Assembly (NCBI RefSeq): GCF_964204645.1
Contig: NC_134027.1
Coordinates: forward strand, 23,274,560 to 23,338,559
From: Tubulanus polymorphus
Lineage: Eukaryota; Animalia; Nemertea
Direction of reading: 5' to 3'
DNA length: 64,000 bases
A model generated the notes under the pieces. It saw nothing but the letters and a program-made list of their open reading frames with translations, ran no database searches and was not told the origin of the DNA. Positions within the stretch are counted from its first letter, which is position 1. Each line of letters begins with the position of its first letter. Positions 1 to 12,500 of the stretch are shown one piece after another. Made by a program: the position numbers and the translations under genes.

Positions 1-923
1 AAACATATTCTAATATTCATTTGACGACCTATCGAGCCGCCTCCCTATACATGAAATCGATATCAACTTGTTTGATGATACTTTAATGAAAATACATGTA
101 TCTCTAAAAATGTCCGAATTCTACGTTCAGAGCTTAGAATGGGCTAAGTCATCTTTCGAACCAAAGTGGATTATTGATCTAAGATATGTAGCTGACCGCT
201 GATCTCAAGGGACACCGGCACCACCAGATGGCGAAATAAAACACCGAGTTATTCGTAGTGAAAATCAGTTCAATTTCAACTTGATTTCTAACTTGATCCA
301 AAAAATATCAAACGAGTCATCGAATAGATATAAGATCCGCATTCTCACTCAGTGTATGGAAAATAATGCACTGAACTTTTGCTAATCGGAAAAAAGTTGA
401 TTTTAATTTAATTGAAATATAGAAGAAATCGAAGCGCGATAACCCAGTGCCACTACCGATTATGGGGGATTATCGCCGAACGCTCGCTTACCTCAGTAGC
501 CTCGCCGATATCCCATTGAGATTAAGATCAGGATTATGAGAGAAGCCGTTTACACAATCCTCGCTGATTATTATTCACAAACGCTTTACGCACGTTTGTC
601 GAGCGAGAACGAATCGTTAACGATTGTGTCGAGAATTTAAAAATCAAACGGTTCAAAAATGACATCGATCATCGTCACGCTGCTGCTCCCGCGTGGATTT
701 ATTAAAATGTAATTAGATTGTGTATATGTTGTCGTCGTATTCTCCCCTGCGGATATCTTTATAATGTATTTATACCGTGCAGAGCGCGCGTAATACGGTT
801 ATATTCGTGCCATCCGGATATCTTTCGTTCAGTCATCCTTTCATTGATATGCCAAAAGAAATTCTCAAAAAGCGACAGAGACGCGGATAGAAACTCAGAG
901 AGACAGGCCGTAGAAAGAAAGAA

Positions 924-928
<5 letters not shown>

Positions 929-988
<60 letters not shown>
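929..988. repeat. (GA)n microsatellite
   Basis: Pure gagaga run; source of the spurious ERERER/SLSLSL ORFs. Confidence 0.95.
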
Positions 989-993
<5 letters not shown>

Positions 994-1303
994 GAAAAGA
1001 TCTAAGAGACGACAAATATAACAGCGTGAATAATTAGGAGACATTTCTGACACTAGCGATGCCGATGAGCCTTCGCCTCAAAAGATTGATGCAATATTGA
1101 TATGACGTATGTACGTAATGACAAGTATACGCGCGAATCGATTATTGAGTGAGTCCTCGTTTTACTCTAAGGGTAAAAAAGAAGATGCTCGTTTTACTCT
1201 AAGGGTAAAGATGTGCGGAAAGCATCGACCGAGTCGATCGATACTTTCCGGACATCGACGCTTTTTCAAACACTGGCACAAAAACTTTCAAAAACTCAAG
1301 AAG

Positions 1304-1375
1304 TGGAGATGCCGGGATTTGAGCCCGGGGCTTCTCGCATGCGAAGCGAGCACTCTACCAGTGAGCTACATCCCC
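1304..1375 (-). tRNA. tRNA-Ala(CGC), variant or possible pseudogene
   Basis: Reverse complement GGGGATGTAGCTCACTGGTAGAGTGCTCGCTTCGCATGCGAGAAGCCCCGGGCTCAAATCCCGGCATCTCCA, 72 nt, G3:U70 pair, anticodon CGC. B box altered (GGCTCAAAT instead of GGTTCGAAY). Confidence 0.75.
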
Positions 1376-3032
1376 TAATGCCAGGCTACTCGAATATTCA
1401 AATTTGGAAGTCTACCACTGAGCTATATCAACTGGTGGCACGCTACAGAAATGTTCAATTTCCAGACTTTTTGGGGCGAGTAATACTAACGTGCAGGCCG
1501 TGGCAATTTAACTGCAGAGTCGGTGCATGCCCAAAAGTTTATTAAGTTCATGCTCAAAAGTTTTTCTCTCATTTATGGCATTTTTAGGTATCCTTAACTT
1601 TAACAACCAGAGATTGCTCTGAAAAGGTAGAATTCATAATTCTAGCCTCATAAACTTTCGAGCAAATGGCCCCAGCTACGAATGATCTCAAACCGTTCAA
1701 AGTTAAACAAACGGTTAATCGTTTTTAGCGGTTAACTGTAACTGATTTCACGATGACGAAAATATGCGGTGCGATGAATGTATTCGCGAACATCGTATAT
1801 AATCATAATCGTATATTAAGACTTATTCATGTAATTGTCTCGTCGTCCTGTCTTCGATACGCTGAAGTTGAAACGACAAATAAACACGCGAATATGTCGC
1901 CGGTTCGGCCGTAAACGATATACTTAAGCCGGCTATAAATAATGACGAAATTCAGGAGAATGTCTTGCGCGTTATATGCGCTGTAAAAATAGCCAATGCT
2001 ATCGTCGGAATTGCGCTGAATGTTCGTGCGCGTTGACAAATTATGAACGGCCATAAACTAGCTAGTCGGGAGACCTAATCGAGTTATTTTCCGGGAAGCT
2101 GCCGAAATGGATCGCTACTTAGTAACGACAACATCGGACATATCGGCTATCGGCGGGCTGGCGACCGATCAGAGGGGAAAATGTTTTTATCGTTAAACAG
2201 TTTAGGGACGGATCTAAAACCTTAACGAGATAATCTTTTCACAATCCGGCTTATGATAGCTAAACACACACAGTGGCAAATGATTGCTACTGATCATTCC
2301 GATCTAGATTCATTATGCTCAGAACAAAATGATGATCAATTCATTCGAAGTTTTCTTGGAGGACTCCCAACCCCCTAATGGGATTCGCACACCATGGCTC
2401 TCACTATCATGAAATGTATACAACTAATCCTAGTATGTTTGCCGGTATATGGAACCCTCCGCGAAAGTCTGTCTCTTATTCGCCTATCACGCTAACCAAT
2501 AAGATGCAGTTCATGCAATAAGATGCAGTTAAATAAACAGTTCAAAATCGGAATGATGACTCGCTATCTAAAACTTCAAGTTCAAGTTCAAGATCACCCG
2601 GTTAATAGTGCGGCTACTGGGCAAGAAAGTCGGTCAAAGTCGGAAGCAAGCGGGCGGTCAAAGTTGACAGGTTTAGAGTTTGAGGGGTGAAGGTCAGAAT
2701 GACAAGAAGTCGAGTTACATCAAAGTTGCATTCTAGGAGGCCCGTTCCTTGATAAACGTTCTTTAGGCGAAATCGATGAGTCTGTTCCGTAAATATTTAT
2801 ACGTATGTTCTCAAGATAGCAGAATTGCTTGAAGACAATTACAAATGAAAGCAAGACATGAATTATAATCAAATACCAAAAAAAAACAATTCGCTGAATT
2901 GGTAATTCCTATCTGGCATTAGACCATGTCTGTCTGTACCCGCGGGTCTCGTTTCCGAGCGATAAAGCAATTGGATAATCTTGTAATATATAAAACGAAA
3001 AAGTTAGAATTACTTTTAATGTTTTGTCGTAG

Positions 3033-6000
3033 AAGCGACGCTGAATTATTTCGCAATATTTTACGTCCGATACAGGATCGAGCGAAGAAGATGTCAGAAT
3101 ATGGATGTCACGTGCCATTTTTGGAGACGATCACGTTCGAGCCCGATATCAGACTGAATCCGGTATTCGATCCTCAGAAAACTGATTACAGCTCTAATGT
3201 ACCGTACAGTATCCATCTCATCAAAATCGACGTCACCGCAACCGGCTGTTTTATGGCTGCTCGTATAGACGATAAATATGGAGTATCCAGGTGGGTAAGT
3301 TACCCTTGATCCCTGCTGTATACCTTATCCTTCCCTTCCCTGTACACTATACCCATCCGAACCGCCCCCTTCCTCTGTTTTCCCAATCTTCCGTATTATT
3401 ATGCGGTATCCATCCTCTATTCACCCCGCTCCTCTTTTTCAAAATACCTATACCCCTTCTTCATTATTACACTATCCTTCCTCTGTACACCTTTCCCTTC
3501 TTCCGTATATGCGGTATCCATTCTCTGTTCGCCCTTCTTCAAAATACCCACCCCTTTCTTCATGTCAAACTGTCCTATCTCTATACGCCCTCCACGTTCA
3601 CCTTCCCGTTCTTCTACATGCCCTTCCCTTCTTGTTAAACCCCTCTTTTTTCTATACGCCTTCTTCTTCCTCTGTTCACTCTTCCATTTATCAGTATACG
3701 CTGTTTTTCATTTCTATTCCCATGCCTTAACCCTATCCTCTGTTCACCCCGCTCCCCTTCTCTATGAAAGAAGTTTCCAATTAGTTTCTAAGGCGCAATT
3801 TTGTGGCGGTCCCTCGAGGTCCCCATTGTTGCGATAATTTGTGCTCATTTCTAAAACATATGTTTTGATTGAATATCATATAGCTATGCAGTCCCTTACT
3901 TGATTAATTCAATTTATAGACCATTTTCAAGGAAATGAAATGCCGGTAATCTGCCGGGGATTATTAAATTCTTCTAACGCAGTTACGGTCTTATACCAAG
4001 GATCGCATACTTAACCGCGCGTCAAAAAACTTGCGATTTGTATTAATTCCTTCCCTTTTTCATACGCTGTCTCTTACCGTCTCCCGACTTCCTCTGTTCA
4101 CTCTCCCCTTACCCTGTTCGTTTTGGTTATGCCTACAGTTCTTTCTCTGTCCTTCTCTGTTCACCAATTCGTATTCATCTACATGCCCTTCCCTTCTTGT
4201 TAAAACCCCGTCCTTCTTCTTCCTCTGTTCGCCCTCCCCTTCTTCTTTATAATATCGACACCCTCATCATCTCTGCCCCCATATCTTAACTCTAGTCTCA
4301 CCCTCTTCCTTTCTATTGTGACAGTGGTATTATTGAGTTTCAACAGCAGTCTCAATTCATAGGCAGTGCTGCCATCTTCTAACGATATCATAAACTATTC
4401 CGCATTCATTATCCAACTCATTCAACAGTGCCATCTTTCGTGATAAAACTTTCGAACGTTGTTCCAGCGTCAGCTTTCATATAACTTTTTGTACTGAGAT
4501 TGAACCTTAGGAAAATTACGACTAATGCGCGTCAGTTGTTCGTAAGTATTTGCTTCTGCGAGCAACGACTGCCGCTGAAGAACATAATTCAAAGTTAATG
4601 TTACATTTTTATGGGAAACTGTCACGTATAATGTCCTTTTGTAATTATTTCGGTTGAATAATGATATTTTTATGGGCAACGCTGTTGCGCTAACGACAAA
4701 TTAACGGGCTTTGGCAATGTCGTTCGCTAATGAGATGGGTTGGAGAATTGACTATATATACTGGGGTTTTTGGACCGTGGGGGAGACCGCTAGAAATTTT
4801 TAGATCGTTGAGATCGGTTCGTGAAATAAAAGTAATTTTGAAGACAGGAACTCTGTGTGTTGCGACTCGTTTATTCGTGGACGTTTGTTAACATTCTATC
4901 ACTCAAGTGGAATTCAAAGATCCCGTTAGTGACAAATGGTGGAGAACCTGGCGGGCATTTTACTTGAGTGAGGTATCGAGCCATTTAACAAAACCAACGG
5001 AAACAAAGATAATTCACTGGAACAATACAGGAAGTAGGAACTCGAGAAACGCACGGAAAATGGATTTTGGTAAATATTGAACAATACTTGTTATTTAATT
5101 TTGATTTCGTCGTGTGCGTAGAACAATTTTCTGTGGATAGACCGAATATTTTGCTGTCTCCTCCGGTCTATCGTACATTTAATTGACTTAATATTGAAGA
5201 ACCTAGAAATTATTTGATTGAATTTGTGTATGCCGGTCGAAACGAGGTCTGGAATGGACCGCGCTTTGGCAGATAGACTAGCTGAAATGACAGCCAAAAT
5301 TGACGATAAGCCAATGGGCATGACTCGTCTACAACCGCCACAGTTTACCGGTACGGTAAGCGAAGACGCTAATATTTGGTGGCGGCGGTTCACCCAATAT
5401 TCTACTTTCATGGGCTGGACCAACGAAAAGAAACTTAAAGCAGTGGGGCTGTTTTTAGATGGACTTGCTTCGGCTTGGTATTGGACCGTGGTCGAGGCAA
5501 GCAAGTCAAAAGACGCAACCGTTAAGACAACGGCGAATAGTATCTTATCAGATATTGACAACTTTGAAAGGGAATTCAAAAAGAAATTCGATTCTGGATC
5601 AATGAAATGGGTGCGTGAGCAAAGTTTAATGAACAGAAAACAATTACCGGGGGAATCGTTGGACGTCTATCTTCAAGACATCCAAATACGTTCGGCGGCT
5701 CTTGAAAAGAACGATCATGATTTAATGGTCCTATTTATCAATGGCTTGGCTGACAATTTGAGAGCGTTTGTCGTATCTAGATCACCAAAAACTATGGACG
5801 AAGCCGAACAATACGCGCGCTTGTATGAATCCGTGTTGGCGCTGCAGGCGAAACCGCCTCCAATTGCCGGCATCATACCATCCACTGAGAACCGAAATGA
5901 AATTTCGGATCTCAGGGATGAAATCAGGAATTTAAGCCGGGAAGTCTCGAGACTTCAGGTACAGGTCCGGAGGCAGGATAATAACCTGCCGCCACGAAAT

Positions 6001-9000
6001 TTCAGATCTGCTTCCGGATCTGTAGTTTGTGGTAGATGCAATCGAGTTGGGCATCACGAACGTAATTGTTTTAGGCAGAACGGTAGTTATCGGCCGGATA
6101 GACGGTTTAATAATTCTAACAATAATTTCGGTAATCGTTCCAACGATAATCCTAATAGATTCAGGCCGGGAAACAACCCCAGGCCCGGATTTTAGGGGAT
6201 GATTCCGAGCCATTAGAAATTAAATCCCCATCTCATTGTGGTAAGAGTAAACTGATAAAGAACGAAATATTTCCAGGCTTTAATTCCAGTACAAACGATC
6301 AGACTATTAATTCTATTCCAATTTTAGCAACTGTTGCATTAGCAGTTCCTGGAAAGATTCATGGTAATTCCACCAGTTTCCTTGTTGATACTGGCGCGTG
6401 TGTTAGTTGTATTAGCCAATCACTGTATGATTCATTGAATGAAAAGCCTCCGCTAATTCCAGGAAAATATGCAAATGCGCACACTGTCAAGGGTGATTCA
6501 TTTCGCTTGGCTGGTATTGTAGAATTAACGATCGAGGTCTCCGGGAAACCATTTTCTCACGAATTCTATGTGGTTCCAGGATTGGTTCAAGATATTATCT
6601 TAGGTGTAGATTTTCTGGAAAAATATAAAGTTTTGATTAGTTTTGAAGACAAACGAATTTTCATAAAGGGTGAGACTTCGGTTGCTATAAACGGAATCCA
6701 TAATATGTGTGGTGCTGTAAAATTGAAAGTAATGACTGATTTATCTATTCCAAAATTATCACAAGTTATTCTACCGGTTAAATTATGTGAATCACTTCCA
6801 GACGGAACCACTGGAATGATAGAGGGATATCCTGGTTTATTGCACAAATACCATGATCAATTATTGGTTGGTAAATCATTATGCACCGTAACGGCTAATA
6901 CAGTACCGATGCTCGTGTTGAATTGCACTGATGATGATATAATTATTCATTCGGATCAAAAATTAGCATTTTTCTTGCCACAATTTGGTGATAAAGGAAA
7001 ACCTGCTTTTGATATATGTAGCGGAAATAATGGGGAATCGAAAGTAGATTCGTCAAATCAAATTGTAACAGTGAATGGTTTGGAAATCAAACAGACCGCT
7101 AAACCGTTTTTATCCGCTGATGAATTACAGGGTAGTCCTGATATCGATTTAGAAGATTCAGATTTAACTGATGTACAGAAAAGTGAGTTAATGAATTTAT
7201 GCATGGAATTCAGGGACGTTTTTGCTAATAATATTCGAGAAATTGGCCGTACAAATTTAATTACACCAAAAATTGAAATTGAAGGGCCACCAATTAAATC
7301 ACGACCCTATCGATTGGCTCCTGTTTTAGAAACGGAATTAGAAAAACAATTAGACGACATGATGGAAATGAAATTGATTGAAGAATCATCGTCCGAATGG
7401 AGTAGTCCTTGTATTCTGGTTAAGAAGAAGGACTCTACATATCGGTTCGTTGTAGATTTTAGAGCCTTGAATTCTCGAATGCGTAAGGATCATTATCCAC
7501 TTCCATTAATTGATTCATTATTGAGTAAGTTAGGTCAGAAAAAGCCGGTTATTTATAGCAGTTTAGATCTTTTCTCGGGTTTTCATCAGATCGAAATTGA
7601 TCCTCAGAGTCGGGATTATACTAGTTTCATAACACCGCGTGGTTTATATCGGTATACTGTTCTACCTATGGGATGTAGTATTAGCCCTGCAGTATTTTCT
7701 AGATTAATGTCAAGGGTTTTACACAGACTAACGTACGATATATGTCTTGTATATTTAGATGACATAATATGTTTTGGCTCCAGTTGGCAAAATCATTTGG
7801 ATAACTTAAGGCGAATTTTCGAAAGACTTAGACAGGCTGGCTTAAGGCTGAAGTCTAGAAAATGCGAATTTGGGAAGAAAGAATTGAAATTCTTAGGTCA
7901 TATTGTTACACCGGAAGGTGTTAAGGTTGACCCCGAAAAAATTTCGGCTGTTGTCAACTACAAAGCCCCTAAAACAGTTAAACAGATACGTAGTTTTGTT
8001 GGGCTTGTGTCCTATTATCGGGCTTTTGTGAAGGGTTTCTCCGAAATAATCAGACCTCTCACGGCTTTAACTCAGAAGGGTAAACCTTTTAATTGGACCG
8101 AGGAATGTCAACAGGCATTCGAAAAATGCAAACAAATTTTGACTACAGCTCCAGTCTTAGCATATCCAAATTTCAATGAAAAATTCATATTATACACTGA
8201 CGCTAGCAATTATAGCGTTGGATTCGTTCTTTCTCAAGGAAAAGACCCAGAGCGAGTTATATGCTATGGGACTCGATTATTCAATAAAGCCGAACAAAAC
8301 TATACTGTCAGTGAGAAAGAATGTTTAGCGGTAGTTTATGGTGTAAAGAAATACGAGCCCTATTTGTATGGCCAGAAATTTGAAGTAGTTACGGATCATA
8401 GTGCCTTGAAATGGCTAATGACTATGAAAGATCCGAACGGTCGTTTAGCTCGCTGGGCAATGAAATTGTCTCAGTATGATTTTGATATTGTTCATAGAGC
8501 GGGGAAGAAACATTTAAATGCAGACGCTTTGTCGAGACCGGTATATTCAATCCCAACAATTATTGGTAGTAACGAGGATGGATATCCGTTTCAAATTGAA
8601 ATTGGTGGTAAAATGAATGAAAAAACAAATGATTGTAAAACTTGTACTTGTGATTTTCAGTGTGGATGTGTAGATGATATTATTGATATTAACAATAAGG
8701 GTTTTTCCTTATCTTTTGAATCGCCTCCTGATGCCTATAACGCGCGCGATGACGCACGCGTAATGATAACTTATAATAATAATGAATTAAGCGCTGAGGA
8801 TATATTAATGAGTAATAGCTCCAATGAAAATGATTGCAAGGCTGTGGTCAACGCTGGACGTGACACAGACACCTTGTACCCCATGGGGATAAATAAAAAT
8901 GAAGAAGAGATAAATGAAACTGAAATAGGGATCAATGAAAATGTACAGGGGGGATGATTTCGATATAGGCGATAATGTCTATATGTATGGTTTCGATAAT

Positions 9001-9562
9001 TAGACGATGATATGAAATGGATTATAAAGGATGATAAATAAATATATTTGTCATAGTAAGAGGCATATTATAATGAAGAGGCGCAATGAGTACTCGATTT
9101 CGATTGTATGTTTGTAATAGTGTAGGTCAGGCCTGCGTATTTTACTTGAGTGAATAAATTGTAGTGGAATATGAAATGATATTATATGTTGAATATTGTA
9201 TTTATCTAGGCGAGCGTTTAGGCAGCATCAGAGCTCTTGCGGTGCAGAAGTGTTTTGAGAGGCTGGGTGCGGATGACCCGTTCGGCCTTCACGTAATGTG
9301 CTAGTAACCTCTTACGTGACTCTGATGTAGGCTGCTTTTAGATTAAAAGTTACGTATGTACGTAAATTGTAGTGTGATTATTGTAATGGAATTAAATTGA
9401 TGTTTGAGGATGTGCGTGTGATATGGTAGTGATTATGAAGTTATATCTGTAATGTTTACATTTAATGGCTTGTATTAGATATCTAATTGATAGTGTCTCT
9501 TATAATCATGTATGGTTATTGGTATTTACGATATATAATGATGTAGGTGTATAACGTATATG

Positions 9563-9595
<33 letters not shown>

Positions 9596-12500
9596 AAACA
9601 TTCTTTGTGATGTGTTTAATGTCTTGGTATAGTGTGCTGTGTTCACCTATTTTCGTATAATGATACCTACTATTATATATTATGCACATGGATTGTGGAT
9701 TTCATCTTATATTCTTATAGATATTGTTCATTTTAAACATATAAGTATAATGTATAAGAAAATAATTACTTACCGTTTGTACGGTTGTGTTGGTCGCTTG
9801 TAATCCATGGCGTATGCTGTATCTGCCGTTGCGCGCCGGTATGATGCTTTGCTACTCTTAATGGCCATTAGTCAAGATTTATGACTCTGTATCCAAGCAA
9901 CCATTATTATCGGATGTTAATGTTTTACATAATGGTGTTGTAGTTGTATCAATGAATGGAAATTTTTTTTTTCCTGTCTCATGTCATGATGACCTAATGT
10001 CACTTTTTACTTAACATTTAACATGTATTTGTATTATCCAATTCTAGTCCCTGAGGACAGGGCCTTTGCGGAAGGGGGGTATATGTGACAGTGGTATTAT
10101 TGAGTTTCAACAGCAGTCTCAATTCATAGGCAGTGCTGCCATCTTCTAACGATATCATAAACTATTCCGCATTCATTATCCAACTCATTCAACAGTGCCA
10201 TCTTTCGTGATAAAACTTTCGAACTTTGTTCCAGCGTCAGCTTTCATATAACTTTTTGTACTGAGATTGAACCTTAGGAAAATTACGACTAATGCGCGTC
10301 AGTTGTTCGTAAGTATTTGCTTCTGCGAGCAACGACTGCCGCTGAAGAACATAATTCAAAGTTAATGTTACATTTTTATGGGAAACTGTCACGTATAATG
10401 TCCTTTTGTAATTATTTCGGTTGAATAATGATATTTTTATGGGCAACGCTGTTGCGCTAACGACAAATTAACGGGCTTTGGCAATGTCGTTCGCTAATGA
10501 GATGGGTTGGAGAATTGACTATATATACTGGGGTTTTTGGACCGTGGGGGAGACCGCTAGAAATTTTTAGATCGTTGAGATCGGTTCGTGAAATAAAAGT
10601 AATTTTGAAGACAGGAACTCTGTGTGTTGCGACTCGTTTATTCGTGGACGTTTGTTAACATTCTATCACTCAAGTGGAATTCAAAGATCCCGTTAGTGAC
10701 ACTATCATTTGCTAATTTCCACTCTCAGCTTCTCGTGTTTGTATATTCATCATCACAGTCACCCTCATTCCCTTCTTCCCTCGTAACCCCGCTTTTTATA
10801 TTTGCTATATCCCTACTGTGCAAGTTGAACTCTCTAAGGGCGGCTTTATAGTGTCCGAATCAGAGCGGGATGCATCCCCGCATATCATAAACAAAAGGGG
10901 GCTACCCTGAAGTATTATAGCTAATCTGAAAATGTAGCTCATTTTCCGAAATACGGAGCACTGCTTAAATAAATTTAAACATTTGTGGCCAGAAGTTTGA
11001 TATATTTAATTTTTCGGTGAAACTTCGGATCCCACCGATGTCCTCCCTCTCACAAAGCCAACCCAAACAGAAATGCCTTTACATCAAATGAAATATTCAT
11101 TCAACCGGCTAAGTATTTCAGAGTTGTGCGGCAATCTTCAATCCTAATTGATAATTTTTTGATAATCCTCCGAACGACTATATACACGAATGAAATGAGC
11201 TTTCCCTGGGCAAGAGTCAGGACGTTCAATCACTCTGACCGCGCTCTAGATGACTTCATCATAAAACAGGTTTAACGGAGACGCAAAATCAGCGGGCCCT
11301 ATTCGTCATCACAGTTAATCCTATGATCGATGAGAATTGGTCAACGAATCGGTTTTTAATGCATCTTGAACAAGCATGATTTACAACCTGATAATACAAA
11401 CCACCAGCTCTCATTACAAATAATAAACGAATACGAAAGCCTAATGGTGCATTACAGAAGAGCGAAAAGAATTACCACCAAAAATCGATGACAACTTCCC
11501 TTCTTCCTACTTAATATCTTAGAAATACATCACAGAAATGTCCTTTCAAAATAAACATCGCCCAAAATAAAATGTGGAGGAGCCGGGGTTCGAACCCGGG
11601 GCTTCTCGCATGCGAAGCGAGCGCTCTACCACTGAGCTACACCCCCATTCTAACCTCACGCCTGGTAGAGAGTAACCACAAACTTCCGTTATCACACACC
11701 TGCCTAAAGTGACATCGAAAAAAAATATACGCATGTGGAGGTGCCGGGGTTCGAACCCGGGGCCTCTCGCATGCGAAGCGAGCGCTCTACCACTGAGCTA
11801 CACCCCCATCCTTCTAATCGTCACAACGCAGACACTATTGAATATCAACAGACTTTACGCATGCCGATATAAATCAATGCATGAAAGTTTTCAAGTTTTC
11901 GATGAAATCTTTTCGGATTTACGCTCATAGAGTAATAAGTACCTTCCTTGCCCGATGAGCTAGATTGAATTACTATTCTGTAGTTTGAAAATCATCGTGT
12001 TAATTATAATTTCATTCGGATTGTTTTTCAGGACGAATTACACGCTGGGTTTAGGAGCCAATCGAATCGCAGTTTACATCATAGATACGCAAAATGACGC
12101 CATCATCAATACGTACATATTCCATTTGCATCGACAAAAACTGGGCGAAACGTCACCCGAATTTGCGCCCTACGCCAAGCATCAAGTCTGTCAACAAGTT
12201 CAGGTATCAAAGTTTTCAAGCTTTTTCGCGTGGGATCCGAAACCCAGATTAACCTTATTATTCTTTATGAAGAAACGAATTTAGATCAATTCATTTTATA
12301 TCAAAAAAAAAAGATTTTCGGTTTTTATCCTAGGACATTGTCAAACAAGACTAGATGTACTTCAAGTTATTTTATCGTTATATACATCGGTCCAAGCATA
12401 GTTCTTTTACAGTTCAATTCATTTTCCACACGAAAGGCAATACGAAAATGGCTCTGACTTTTATCTCATCGTAGACAATGTGATCTAAAATCTACACCGA

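Larger units (their letters stand above)
4317..10701 (+). mobile_element. Ty3/gypsy LTR retrotransposon, both LTRs intact, integrase missing
   Basis: LTRs 4317-4934 and 10084-10701 (TG...CA, 618 bp each, one mismatch seen); 4-bp TSD CTAT at 4313-4316 and 10702-10705; PBS at 4937; PPT at about 10068-10080; gag and PR-RT-RH ORFs. Confidence 0.97.

Noticed and set aside
718-1015. ORFs with ERERER / SLSLSL
   Set aside because: Translations of the (GA)n microsatellite.
420-2400. Possible further 5' CPED1 exons
   Set aside because: Several AG..GT candidates, but no phase-consistent chain or motif I could recognise.
3291-4252. Pro/Phe/Leu-rich ORFs
   Set aside because: Low-complexity CT-rich intron sequence.
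4470-4679. 69-aa ORF repeated at 10237-10446
   Set aside because: Lies in the LTRs; the identity reflects LTR duplication.
8960-10070. Possible env or third ORF in the retrotransposon
   Set aside because: No ORF of 60 aa or more in the track; AT-rich with a poly(A) run.
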